Origin: Octopus vulgaris
Taxonomy: Eukaryota
Reading direction: 5' to 3'
Assembly (NCBI GenBank): GCA_951406725.2
Contig: OX597820.1
Span: 58,590,001 to 58,654,000, forward strand
Length of the DNA stretch: 64,000 nucleotides
Shown here one piece after another: positions 35,988 to 48,984 of the stretch; the first letter of the stretch is position 1, and each line of letters begins with the position of its first letter. The position numbers were made by a program, and so were the translations under genes. The notes below the pieces were generated by a model that was given only the letters and a program-made list of their open reading frames with translations, was not told the origin of the DNA and ran no database searches.

Positions 35988-37125
35988 TGTGTGTGTATAC
36001 ATATATGCTTACACAACCATGTCGATGGATGCATGGGTGTATATCTATATAGATGTTTGTAAGTGGGTGTACATTGGAAATTTGTTACTATTTTTTTTGT
36101 TTTCTTTTGATTTTGTTTTTGATCACTACTGCAACATAAACTTTGTGGCATCAGAAAATTCTCTCCTCTCCCTCTTTGTTTTTTCCTCTTTAATATCAAA
36201 GATTACCAACTATTTGTTTTTTATAGTGTAATTCTATCATTTTTATGTGACAAAATGGGTAAAAGATCATATATATATATAAACTTTTAACCTCTTTGTT
36301 GTAAATGTTTTGTTTTTATTTTGGGTGCACTTTCGTTTTTTATCATGTAGGTTCCTGGTTGATATAGAAATCATTTGTATATCCCTAAAATGCTTTTTGT
36401 TTTCTTTTCTTTGTGGGGAAGGTATAAATAAAAAGAACTGAAGACCTACTGCAATTCTGCACTTCAAACTTTGTGGTTTATCTGTTTTAAATGAAGCAGT
36501 TTGAATATTAATAATAATAATAAAATATGGGACTAACTTGTGACTTTCTCTCTTCATTAAGTAATAAAAAAAAAATGCCTATATAACTGGAATTATACAG
36601 TGACTCTCAGTAAAAGATTGATACTGCATTGCAGGCTCACACATACATGCATACATATACATACATACACATACTGAAAACTGTTGACAAATTTTAAAAA
36701 CTTGAAAGATAAAGTAGAAAGAAAAAATGGAAAAAATTACACCAACACACAAACAAAAAAATGCTACTAATCTCATTATCATGTGTCAGAATCTTTTTTT
36801 TTTAATTAATATCTAGATTTGATGGCTTAGCTTTGCTTTGTCCACTTTTCCAAATGTTTTTTTTTTGTTTTTTTTTCTTTTTAGGATTTAAAAAAAATAA
36901 AAATCTTTTTCTCTATATTTTGTATCACAATTTTTTTTTTATTTATTTTCTTAAATTCTATTTCCTTAGCCATTTTTTTTCTTTTCTGTATTAATTCAGC
37001 AACTTGTACATGGTTAAATTAAATTGTTTTATTCTTTCACAATTTCACAAACTTTTGACTTTGGCATGTAAATTTTGAAATGATCAAATTGAAGAAAGTT
37101 AAATAAACTGTATTCCATACTCTTT
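35633..37125 (+). other. Probable TMEM59 3' UTR
   Basis: U-rich, transposon-free stretch after the stop, with several AATAAA; the last at ~37102 was taken as the likely end. End position is inferred. Confidence 0.45.
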
Positions 37126-38116
37126 GAAAGACTTCTTCACTGCCGACTGTTTGAGAGGGGAGACAAATCAATGTTATGTTTCTGTAGTTATTTCAGATCA
37201 AATCCTTTCCCGAGTCTTACTGAATTGATCAACTGTTGAATCCCTCTCGCTTCATGTAAGAAATCAGAGCTGCTCTTTTGGTGCCATTTTCTTAAATTAT
37301 TTTTCTGTTCTGTCTTAAATTACTAATTTCTTTGGAAGCATAGACATGGCTGTCTGGTTAAGAAGTTTGCTTGGCATCTTGGGCAAGTGTCTTTTGATAG
37401 CCCAGGGCCAACCAGTCACTTGTGAATGGATTTGATGGACAGAAACTGAACTAAGTCTGTCGTGTATGTGTGTCTCCTTGTCTTGATATTACATGAGAGT
37501 TGTAAATAGGGATTTTTTTTCTGTTTGGCTGTACCTGTGGAAATTTCAGAGTTTATGGAAAATTCTAAAAAATTTGGTGTATTGATATAATTTTCCATGC
37601 TGAATCTCAGAAGATATTTCACTTTTTCCAGAAGATTTTTGAAAGAAAGTTAGAGAGGTTTTAAAGTTTGGTAATTTTTACCCAGTCAAAAAAAGGATTT
37701 GAAAGCTGTCATTTTGTGCGTAACAGCACGTTGTCAACTTTAAGCAAATGAAATATCGGTGGAATTCTGCATCATGCACAACATAACCCCTCATAACTTT
37801 TTTATTTTTTGGAATCTTCTGAAAATTTTTGTGAATTTGTATTCTACACACAGAAATTCATATGATTATGCAAAAACAAAAAAATTGGGGGTGCATGACT
37901 TAAGGCCTATTTAGCTGTTATTTTTAGCACATCTCATGACCACCTCAATGAGTAGAATATATTTGTCAACATATACTTTCTCGCAGACAAAAGAGTTCTT
38001 GAGCTTGTTACTATGAATATGTCTGTAGCTTAAGATTTGCTAAAATTTGCAAACTTTAAAAACTTTTAACTCTATTTATTGATTTGTGGCAAAAATGAAT
38101 TTTATGTCAATCATTT

Positions 38117-38510
38117 TACTCTCTTTTACTTGTTTCAGTCATTTGGCTGCAACCATGCTGGAGCACCGCCTTTTATCAAGCAAATCGACCCCAGGACTTA
38201 TTCTTTGTAAGCCTAGTACTTATTCTATTGGTCTCGTTTGCCGAACTGCTAAGTTATGGGGACATAAACATACCAGCATCGGTTGTCAAGCAATGTTGGG
38301 GGGACGAACACACACACACACACATATATATATGTATACATATATACAATGGGCTTCTTTCAGTTTCCGTCTACCAAATCCACTCACAAGGCTTTGGTTG
38401 GCCTAAGGCTATAGTAGAAGGCACTTGCCCAAGATGCCACGCAGTGGGACTGATCCCGGAACCATGTGGTTCGTAAGCAAGCTACTTACCACACCGCCAC
38501 TCCTGCACCT
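38117..38510 (-). mobile_element. SINE family A, full length
   Basis: Reverse complement of 19596-19998. Confidence 0.9.
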
Positions 38511-39816
38511 ACAAAACTACATTATTACACCAAATATGAAACTAATTGGAACAGAAATTAAAGAAATTGAAAAGTGATAGCCAAACAGAAAAGATCCATA
38601 AATGTCACTGTCATATTTTACTTCCAATATTCTGCAAAAACATGTTAGGCCTTGAAGAAATATTACTTTATTTGGAAACAGGTGAGGGCATCTGCCTGAA
38701 GATAATCTGTCTCAATGAATTCTGTCTAACCCATGAAAGCATGAAAAAGTGGGCATTAAACCGATGATAACAACAAAGGAGCCCATCTGCATATATGGCC
38801 ACTTGTCCTCCTAGAAATAGCAGCCAAATTATTTGAAAATAACGTTCTTGTTGAAATGCTGAGAACACAAGTCTACTTGATCGGATCTGATCTGGGCTTA
38901 AATAATGTATTTCTATTTGAAAAGTGTTTGACATTAAATCCTTTTTTATTCACATCATTCAAAAATTGTCTAAATGAAAAAAAAATTCTTTTGTCTTTAT
39001 TTATATTACTTTAATGATGTTTCTGTGTAGTGTAGTTACTAATTAGGTGAGACTTTAATGCTTAAGTAATTAGTTGCAATCCATATATCTAATGATCTCA
39101 GTCATTGGTTCCAAATTTCATCACTAAAATTCCCCTTCATTTTTTTATTCATTTTTTTTTTTTGTTTCAGTCATTAGATTGTGGCCATACTTGGAGAATC
39201 TTTTAGTTAAATTGACCCCAGGACATTTTTAAAGCCTGGTACTTATTTTATCAATCTCTTTTGCTAAACCAATAAGTTATGGGTACATAAATACTCTAGT
39301 GCCAGTTGTCAAGGTGGTGGGGGACAGGCACACAGATATCATCATTATCATTTAATGACTGTTATCCATGCCAGCATGGGTTGGACGATTTGACCAGAGC
39401 TGCACTAGCCTCCAATCTGATTTAGCAAGGTTTCTACAGCTGGATGCCCCTCCTAATGCCAACCACCTTACAAAATATGCTAGGTGCTTTTATATGGCAC
39501 TGGCACAGGACTCTTGCAGGCCAACCCCCTTCACCAGGGGAAGAGCAGCCTTAACACACACACACATGTGACAGGCTTCTTTCAGTTACCATCTACCAAA
39601 TCCACTCACAAGGTTTTGGTTAGCCTGAGACGATAGAAGACATTTGCTGAAGGTGTCACACAGTTGGACTGAACCTGGAACCATGAGGTTGGGAAGCAAG
39701 CTTCTTATCACACAGCCCCACTAAATGAATTTTTCCATGAACCCCAAGCTCTTGAAAAGTCTCTTTACTCAATAAACCACCAATTTCATACTCAGTTGAG
39801 TTATGTAGAAAAACAC

Positions 39817-40350
39817 AGGCATGGATGTGTAATAAGAAGCTTGCTTTCCAACCATGTGTGCAGCACCATGGGCAAGTGTCTTCTACTATAGCTCCAGGCT
39901 GTCCTAGGCCATGTGAATGGATTTGGTAGGCAGAAACTGAAAGGCTGTGAGCTGGCAGAAATGTCGGGCAAAATGCTTAACGGTATCTTGTCTGCCGTTA
40001 CGTTCTGAGTTCATATTCCACCAAGGTCGACTTTGCCTTTCATCCTTTCAGGGTCGATAAATTAAGTATCAGTTATGCTATGGGGTTGATATAATCGACT
40101 TAATCTCTTTGTCTGTCCTTGTTTGTCCCCTCTGTGTTTAGCCCCTTGTGGGCAATAAAGAAATAAGAAACTGAAAGAAGCCCATCATATATTGACAACC
40201 AGTGCTAGTTTGTTTACATCTCCCATAACTTAGCAGTACAGCAAAAAGAGATCAACAGAATAAGCACCAGGCTTAAAAATACAGGTACTGCGGTTGATTT
40301 GTTCAAGATGGAACCCCAACATGGTTACAGTCCAAAGATTGAAACAAACG
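39817..40350 (+). mobile_element. SINE family A carrying a nested family B SINE (~39942-40167)
   Basis: The host sequence AGAAACTGAAAG appears on both sides of the inserted family B copy. Confidence 0.8.
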
Positions 40351-40372
40351 ATAAGATAAAATCAGTGATTAT

Positions 40373-40700
40373 AGGTGCAGGTGTGGCTGTGTGGTTCAGT
40401 TCCACTGTGTGCCACCTTGAGCAAGTGTCTTCTACTCTAGCCTTGTGCCAATCAAAGCCTTATGAGTGAATTTGGTCAATGGAAACTAGAAGAAGCCTGC
40501 CATTTATTTTTATATATATATAGATATGTATATCTGTGTTTGTCCCCCACCACTGCTTGATAATCGGTGTTGGCATGTTTACATCCCTGTAACTTAGTGA
40601 TTTGGCAAAAGAGACCAATAGAACAAGTACTGGGATTGGTTCATTTGTCAAGGCAGTGTTCCATCATGGCCGCAGCCTATGACAAACAAAAAAAAAATAC
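40373..40700 (+). mobile_element. SINE family A (decayed)
   Basis: Head, CORE-like segment and 3' domain are recognisable. Confidence 0.75.
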
Positions 40701-41711
40701 TGTAGCTTTTAAAATTTTGAACACAGCTCTTAGACCCTGCTTTTTTCCCAGTACTACCTCTATGGACTTCCTAGTACTTGTATTCTTTAAAGTTTGATAC
40801 ACTTGCTCTTTGGATCACTTTTGCCAACACCAAGCAAAGTGGGTGGATGGAGGGGACAAACAAAGGGATATGTACCTACATACATCTTTGTTTGGTGTTC
40901 AGGCTAAATTCGACACTTTGCATGAAAGGAAAATAAAATACATCCCATCTAAAAATAGTTTTTTTAAAAAATCAAAGAATAGATTATAGCTGGAAGTAAC
41001 AGTTTGCTCAAAGTAGCCACTATGGCCTCAAGACTGCTCTGGAACCTGGTGCATGTTTAGCAGCATTTTCTTCATCTTCACATTCTGAGTTCAAATTTGC
41101 CTTTCATCCTTTCAGGGTCGATAAATGAGTACTGGGTTCAATGTAATCAACTTACCCACTCCCTTGAAATTGCTGGCATTGTGCTATAATTTGAAATCAA
41201 TATTTTGTCATTAGCAACAGTTAATTTGCCTGTGGGACTTCTGTTGATCCAGCACCCTAGCCCACAACACTTGGTCTTCCATCCATAATACAGCCACTTT
41301 AGACACAGGGCAATTTTTTGATACATTTAAAAATATTTAAAAGAGAAACAGGGTGTCATATGTGCCAGCAGATATAATGTTATCAGTTATGCACTCATTG
41401 CATACATATTTTTGACACAGGAAAAAGAATGGAACAACAATGATTTTTCCACACCTTAATTACTAAAAATTAGAGGAAACAGGGAAATTCCTTCCAAAAT
41501 ATGTTTGGTTAGTCATCTTAAATATTGACCCTTCCTCTTTCCTACAGAATTTTAGATTTCATTTTCTCTACCCATACTGGTCCATTTCTTCAAAGCTATT
41601 TTTTCTGTTCTTCATATTGCTAACATTCATCTCAGTCTTGTTCCCTTTTCACAATCACTGTAAATATGTTTGTTTATTATGCACCTTAAATGTTGGATGT
41701 ATTAAATATTT

Positions 41712-42113
41712 TGGCAAGTGAAAAACAAAATCAAAATCAAAATTGATCATCATCAATGGAAATCGTAGCTGTGATACCAGTGCCGGTGGCACATAAGAGA
41801 ACCATCCAGTGGCATGTAAAAAGCACCATCCGATCGTGGCCATTGCCAGCCTGGCCTGGCCTCCGTGCCGGTGGCACGTAAAAAGCACCATCTGATGGTG
41901 GCCATTTGCCAGCCTCGTCTGGCACCTGTGCCGGTGGCTCATAAAAAGCACCTGCTACACTCATGGAGTGGTTGGCGTTAGGAAGGGCATCCAGCTGTAG
42001 AAACACTGCCAGATCAGACTGGGCCTGGTGCAGCCTTCTGGCTTCCCAGACCCCAGTTGAACCGTCCAACCCATGCCAGCATGGAAAGCGGACGCTAAAC
42101 GATGATGATGATG
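41712..42113 (+). mobile_element. RTE 3'-UTR fragment
   Basis: Repeat units, conserved tail, (GAT)n. Confidence 0.9.
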
Positions 42114-42384
42114 AGTGGCTACTAGTGTCATCTAGAGATTCTCTATGTAGTTGCATGTGCTGAAGAAATAGCAGCTAAAAATCTCCCACAAATTACATCC
42201 TATTGCAGTGGTACCTAACTTCCTCACTACCAAGGATCCCTTTATTTAAATTGATTTTCTTACCAACCCCAGGTTTTTTGAAAGGCCTGTTTCTACCACA
42301 AACTTTGAACTAACAGCAACATCTTGATATGACTTTCGGGTGGGGACATTTAGCAGAATCTCCCTTCTATATATCTTTACCTTT

Positions 42385-43020
42385 TTTTCTTGTTTCAGTT
42401 ATTGGACTGCAGTCATACTGGAGCACCACCTTAAGGTGATTTCTTGAACAAATCAACCCCAGTACTTAATTGTTTTAATCTTGTACATATTCTTTTGGTC
42501 TCTTTTGCACTGCTAAGTTATGGGGATATATACAAATCAATATATTGGTTGTAAGATAAAAACACAACATACTCTTTACCCTTTTATTTGTTTCAGTCAT
42601 TTGATTGTGGCCATGCTAGTTTTAGTTGAGCAAATCGACCCCAGGATTTATTTTTTGTAAGCCTAGTACTTAACCTATCATTCTCTTATACCGAACCGCT
42701 AAGTTACGGGCACGTAAACACACCCGCATCAGTTGTCAAGCTATGTTGGGGGGACAAACACAGACACAAACATACACACACACACATATAAAAAGAAAAT
42801 TTATACATATATATATATATTGGGAACAGTGAGGTAAAGCTATAAAATTATAGTCTCTAAACATTGGGCTGAAAAACCCTTTAGAAAGAAAAATGATGGA
42901 TTTCTTCATAGTTTCCATCAATCAAATTCACTAAGAAATCATTGATTGGCCTGGCACTAAACCTGAAACTATGTGGTCACAAAGCAACTTCTTAACCATA
43001 CGACCATGTCTGCACCAACA
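42385..43020 (-). mobile_element. SINE family A copies (nested or partial)
   Basis: Two 3' domains followed by a decayed head. Confidence 0.65.
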
Positions 43021-43717
43021 CTGCAAGCAACCCTCTGCTCAATCAAGTGAACCTACAAAATCAATGACTCTTTCCTCCCTTCTCTAACAAAAGCTATGAA
43101 AGATATAAAAATAAAAATGAAAATTACTCCTCGAGATCTGAGACTAGCTGCATTAATAGTGCAGCAGCTTGTGTTTTTATTACCAAGTTGGGGTGCTGCT
43201 TCAGAATATTTTTAGCCATTGTTTTAATATTGTGTAAAAGGAAACAAACATATAAAAAGAATATTTATACATAAACTTGATTGGTTCACTTTTTAGCCAC
43301 TGCCGGATAGTTTGTTTAATTTGTTCACTGAACTTCACCTTGAATTCCCACTTGTTTTTCAAAAATCCCACCTAAATCACAAAATAAGGGGTGGGGGAAT
43401 GTGCCCGATTTTTCAAATCCTGGCAGCAACACTGAAGCTATTCGATACTATCATTTTCAAGAATATAAACATGTTTTTAAACACAAGATACACAGAGTGA
43501 AAAAGAAACACTACCTTTCACCAGCACACCGGGGATGGCACTGCGTGAACCCAGTGCTCTCTCTTCTTAGCGTGAAGCTTCCTATCTTGGATTCATGAGC
43601 ATACACACAACAACCAAACACTGCATCGCTGCAACTGTGAAGCGCACAGTTGTATACAAGGATTTTTGTATTTTTTCATAAACCAGGCAACTGATATTAA
43701 TTGTAAGCATTATAGAA

Positions 43718-44117
43718 AGGCAGCGAGCTCGCAGAAACGTTAGCACGCTGGGCGAAATGCTTAGCAGTATTTCGTCTGCCGCTACATTCTGAGTTCAAAT
43801 TCTGCCAAGGTCAGCTTTGCCTTTCATCCTTTCGAGGTCGATTAAATAAGTATCAGTTATGCACTGGGGGTCGATATATTCGACTTAATCCGTGTGTCTG
43901 TCCTTGTTTGTCCTCTCTGTGTTTAGCCCCTTGTGGGTAGTAAAGAAATAAGTATTTCTCCCATCTATATGTTCTGAGTTCAAATTCCACCTAGGTCGAT
44001 TTTACCTTTCATCCTTTCAGGGTCGATGAATTAAGTACCAGTTGCATATTGGGGTCAATCTAGTCGACTGACCCCCACTCCCCCAAAATTTCGGGCTTTA
44101 TGTCTAGAATAGAAAAA
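43718..44117 (+). mobile_element. SINE family B with duplicated body (dimer)
   Basis: Head AGGCAGCGAGCTCGCAGAAACGTTAGC, two box-B/core units, tail CCCCAAAATTTCGGGC...AGAAAA. Confidence 0.85.
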
Positions 44118-44423
44118 AATCTTTTAAATCTTAAGGATTATATAACGTACATGTATAAAGAAAGAAATTGAATGTTATCAATAATATCGAGTGGAAATAG
44201 GGGGTGCTGCAGTGCCTACACATGAGCCGCCACTGACAGAAATGCTATTCTCTGATGCAGCAGAATTTTTTTGTCAGTGAACAGATCGCAGTTTCAAGCA
44301 ACGAAAAATTTGTCGCCATGTTACAAGTAAATGTTTTTGTGAAGAAAACAGTCTTTGTGCATTTCTGAATGGCTAGCTTGTGTCTTTTGCAATTGCTTTA
44401 GTTTCAGCACATGATGATGATGA

Positions 44424-44577
44424 TCATCATCGTTTAACGTCCGCTTTCCATGCTAGCATGGGTTGGACGGTTCGACTGGGGTCTGGGAAGCCCGAAGGCT
44501 GCACCAGGCCCAGTCAGATCTGGCAGTGTTTCTACAGCTGGATGCCCTTCCTAACACCAACCACTCCGTGAGTGTAG
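44424..44577 (-). mobile_element. RTE tail-only fragment
   Basis: Terminal ~150 bp of the RTE 3' UTR. Confidence 0.85.
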
Positions 44578-45559
44578 AGATAAAAATACTTGCTATGCAA
44601 ATATATATCTGTCTTTTGAAGTTGTTGGTTGTATTCACAACTCTACAATGTAGACTTAGTAACTGTCTTCTGTGTGACAATTTGGTGGTGGTGGCGGTGT
44701 TTGGCTGCTCTTTGTCAAATCACACTATCGTCTTAAAAAGAAAGGCACATTGAGAAATGTTTTCCCAGATACATTGTGTAGAATAAGATAAAAAGAGGTG
44801 TGTTTATAGTTGGAATGCATGTGTTGATGTGTCACATCTGCACCTACTTGGCTAAACAAAGCATAGAAAAGACATAAAATATAACATTTCTAGTTATACT
44901 ACATGTAAAAAAAGTCTTGATGTAATGTCTTTAACAATAGGACCACGTGATCATGAACAAGATCATGTTCACATAACCTGATGTTTTCTCTAAACTCACA
45001 CACTGCCATCGTAAAAAAGACATAGGATTATGTAGCCTGGGATGGTCATGGTTAAAATATCTTTTATCATAGGTTAGCAGATCGTGGCTAATGATAAGAA
45101 ATGCTTTTGATGGTTGTTATAGGTGGTGTTTAGTCTCAGATCAGCCTACGATCGCAGGCATTTCCGCTCATGACATATCTTTGGGTATACCATACATAGA
45201 TCTATTTTAACCAACGTGTCCTCCCTTTGTTTTAAGATAGTAGTGTGATCTGAGGCATATGTGGCTGCCATTTCTAGTAGGTTAAGCAAAAATGTAGGGA
45301 CTCCTATGTTTGTTTATTTCTAATAGTTGTCAAACAGGGTAAATCTAAGTATATCTCAAAGCAAACTCTTACGGTGTTGTACCATTGAATTATAAATAAT
45401 GCTCATCTTGCAGATGGATCTGTATGTATAAAGTTCTACAAATTATATTTAAGTGTATCTTTCAAATGTCTTCACTTTGGCGTGCTGAGATCGGAAACTA
45501 CCCTGCAGTTAATAAACTACAGCAGTCAATTTACCGGTTAGAGAACATTTTTCTATTTA

Positions 45560-46733
45560 AAATTGAATAAGGGTAGAAATTGAGGATCTTTTCGATTTGA
45601 TCGGCAGTTTTTTCTAGTGGTGTCATATGAACTTGTTACCCATAATTATGACCCTAGTATCGATCTAGTGCATTTCAATCTGTTTTAGGGTTAGGGTTAG
45701 AGTTAGGTTTGGTTAGGGGTGGGGGGAAGAGTATATTTTTTTCTTCAGAAATGTAAATAAACCCAATTTGTTTCTTAAATGAGGGACATATTCATACGGC
45801 ACAGAATGTTTTCACCTCAATAGCCGTCATTGATTGGTTGAAATTGCAGAAATTGAAGAAAAAAACAACAAATATCATACAAACTATAGAATTTTTTCAA
45901 AGCCAAGAGAAAAAGATGTTTTATAAACACATTCTACCAGTATACGAAGTTTAAAAGTGTTTAGTTACATGGAAATTATTTTAAAAAACTTCCATTCAAA
46001 CCGAAAAGATCCGAAATTGATATTAATCAATTAAAACCAGTGGCTTAGCATATTTTTTTTTAAATCCGAAGATTAAAAATTGTGTTACGTACAAAATTTA
46101 GAGGACTGACCACTAAAAGTGGACAGCCTACATGCTAAACATAGACGTCAAATTGCCATTACCGCAAAGAATGTGTTCTCAAGAAAAATCTCAGAAAAGA
46201 AAAACAAAACAAAAGGTAAAAATAAGCAAGACAAATGAAAATATACGAAATAATGAACGATTACCTATGTACCATTGGTTTCACTTGTTAATATTTACAA
46301 AACATAATTTCCAGAACTAGATACGGAATGCTCAACCGAAATCCAGTATGTATAAAGTTCTACAAATTATATTCAAGTGTATCTTTCAAATGTCTTCACT
46401 TTGGCACGCTGAGATCGGAAACTACCATGCAGATGTTTGCATGTCCATACACGTAAATACAAACAAGTGAAACCAATGGTACATAGGTAATCATTTTTTT
46501 TATTTCGTATATTTTCATTTGTCTTGCTTATTTCTACATTTTGTTTTTTTTTTTCTGAGATTTTTCCTGAGAACACATTCTTCGTGGTAATGGCGATTTG
46601 ATGTCTATGTTTAGCATATAGTGGTCAGTCCTCTAAATTTTGTATGTAAAACAATTTTTAATCTTCGGATTTTTAAAAAAATATCCTAAGCCACTGGTTT
46701 TAATTGATTAATATCAATTTCTACGCTTATTTA

Positions 46734-46737
<4 letters not shown>
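45560..46737. mobile_element. Long-TIR foldback/MITE with ~300-bp arms; left arm interrupted
   Basis: 46013-46295 is the reverse complement of ~46453-46721; the outer arm ends match 45560-45583. Confidence 0.8.
45584..46012. mobile_element. Merlin-like MITE
   Basis: TIR GGATCTTTTCG(A/G)TTTGA, exact 8-bp TSD GAAATTGA, internal TTAGGG-like tract. Confidence 0.85.
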
Positions 46738-46806
<69 letters not shown>

Positions 46807-47063
46807 TACATAATATATACATACATACATTTGTGTGTGTGTATGAGTGTATGTGCATGTGTGTGTGTGTGTTTGTCTTCCCACTATCGTTTGGCAAACG
46901 ATGTTGTATTTACGACCCCATAACTTAGCGGTTCGGCATAAGAGACCAATAAAATAAGTACTAAGCTCACAAAGAAGAAGTACTAGGGTCGATTTCCTCG
47001 ACTAAAGGCTGTGCTCCAGCATGTTCGCAGTCAAATGACTGAAACAAGTAAAAGAATAAACGA

Positions 47064-47103
<40 letters not shown>

Positions 47104-47594
47104 CTGTGTGTGTCTGTGTGTGTGTGTGTGTCTGTGTATCTGTGTGTGTGTGTTATATTGCTCTTATTCAGTTCTGACTAGGTATCGAACTGAGTTTGGT
47201 GACTTTTACCTTGTTTAGTAAATGTATTTGTATTTTGTTAATTTGTACAAATAATAGTTCTTCTAATTTGCATACTGCTTTGTTTTGCACGTGGAGTTTT
47301 GGGTTCTGCTTTAATCAACATGCATTTTTAAGTATATATTGTTCACATGTTCACTCTATCATTGCCGGACGAGTTAGACGGGCTGAGCGAGTTTTCACAG
47401 GGATAATTCTGTATTAAAACATAACAATACATGTGTATGTGTATATATATATATAATTGCCAACCAGGTGTGGCATCCTATACAGGGCAGTGCTACTGAC
47501 GTTTATAGCCCCAGGAAGATATCTTTTCCAGCTGGCTCGGCACATCTTCTGTGTCCGATTAGTATTTGCTCCCATCCCTAGCCTTACATGATAC

Positions 47595-47637
47595 ACACGA
47601 ACTCGAATTTCTAGGTGGATATCCATCCTCAGCGTGT
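47595..47637 (-). ncRNA. Minimal type-I hammerhead ribozyme motif
   Basis: Minus strand ACACG-CTGAGGA-TGGATATCCACCTA-GAAA-TTCGA-GTT-CGTGT; perfect 5-bp stem I. Confidence 0.6.
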
Positions 47638-47914
47638 ATTAATCACCAGCTAGTGATAAATTTGTAGCATACGACTTAAGGGAAAATCCTCTCTCTCTCT
47701 CTTTCTCTCTGTGTTATATATACATAAATACGGACGTAGTAGATAACAGCTAGCCTTCGGACGCCCTTTTGGACCCTGTTGTGTCCAATACTCTGATTGG
47801 TTGGTACTGGCGCAATTTGTCTCTTGCTCTATTGTGCGCCAATATGCAACCCAACCAATCGCAGCCTTCTGGTCCAACTTGAGGAGACTAAAATCACTAA
47901 CAAAGATTCAGTCC

Positions 47915-48276
47915 TGATATTTACCTTTTGACCGACAGATTTAAAAAATAATTTTTTGTAACTAAATACTTTCAAACTTCGTATACTTATAGAATATGTC
48001 ATAAATAACAGTGACAAATGAAATATACACCGCCGATAGTTGTTGTTGACAAACAACAGCAGTAATTTTATTCAACTGAATACACGTCATTGATTGGTTG
48101 AAATTACCGAAATACAACAACTTTAACAAGAAATAACTTCCAAAATACAGAATTTTCTCAACAACGCCAAGAGTAAAAGATGTTTTATGTGACACATTCT
48201 GCCAGTATACGAAGTTTGAAAGTGTTTAGTTACAAAAAATTTTTTTTTTAATCTGTTGGTCAAAAGGTAAAGATCC
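47915..48276. mobile_element. Merlin-like MITE, related family with ~95-bp TIRs
   Basis: Ends match (G)GATCTTTACCTTTTGACC; internal sequence shared with 45584-46012. Confidence 0.8.
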
Positions 48277-48637
48277 GGGCTGAGTCTTAGTGATTCTAGC
48301 CTCCTCAAGTTGAAGAGATTGCCATCATGGCAATATCGAACTGGGATTGCCATCTTCGGGGTTGAGGTCGTAGCGAGATAGTTAGGTCACAGCAACAAGA
48401 AACACATTGAAGAGGACAGGGACCAGGACGCAGTCTTGTTTAACACCAACTTGAAAGTTGAAGTAGTAAGACTGATCACCACCCAATGTCACACGTACTT
48501 GCTTGCCGGTATGGAACTGGCGTAGCATGGCAAGAAGCTTAGGAGGGCATCCATACCTCCGCAGGATATTCCATAGTAGTGGGCGGCTAATAGTATCAAA
48601 AGCCTTAGGTCAATAAAGGCAAACGAAGCATCACGCT
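48277..48637 (-). mobile_element. Decayed RTE-BovB RT fragment
   Basis: FAFIDL/KAFDT, LLWNILRRYGCPPKLLAMLRQFHTG, VGVKQDCVLVPVLFNVF, RYCHDGNLFNLRRL. Confidence 0.85.
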
Positions 48638-48708
48638 GTTGTCCGGAAAGTTCGTGCCGAATTTTAAAGGAAAGAAAAAAGTCAATAAATACTTGCCATT
48701 ACATTTTT
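48638..48708 (-). mobile_element. Solo mariner right-end fragment
   Basis: Reverse complement of ~62421-62490. Confidence 0.75.
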
Positions 48709-48984
48709 AAGTTGAAGTCGAGGGTCACAATATATATGTATGTATGTATTATGTATGTATGTATGTGGGTGTATGTATGTATGTATGTATTATGTATGCA
48801 TGTATGTGTGTGTATGTATGTATGTTTGTGTGTATGTATTATGTATGTATGTATGTGTGTGTATGTATGTATGTGGGTGTATGTATGTATGTATTATGTA
48901 TGCATGTATGTGTGTGTATGTGTGTATGTATTATGTATGTATGTATGTATGTAAAACTTGGAAAAGGATGCGTGGCGTTCGATC

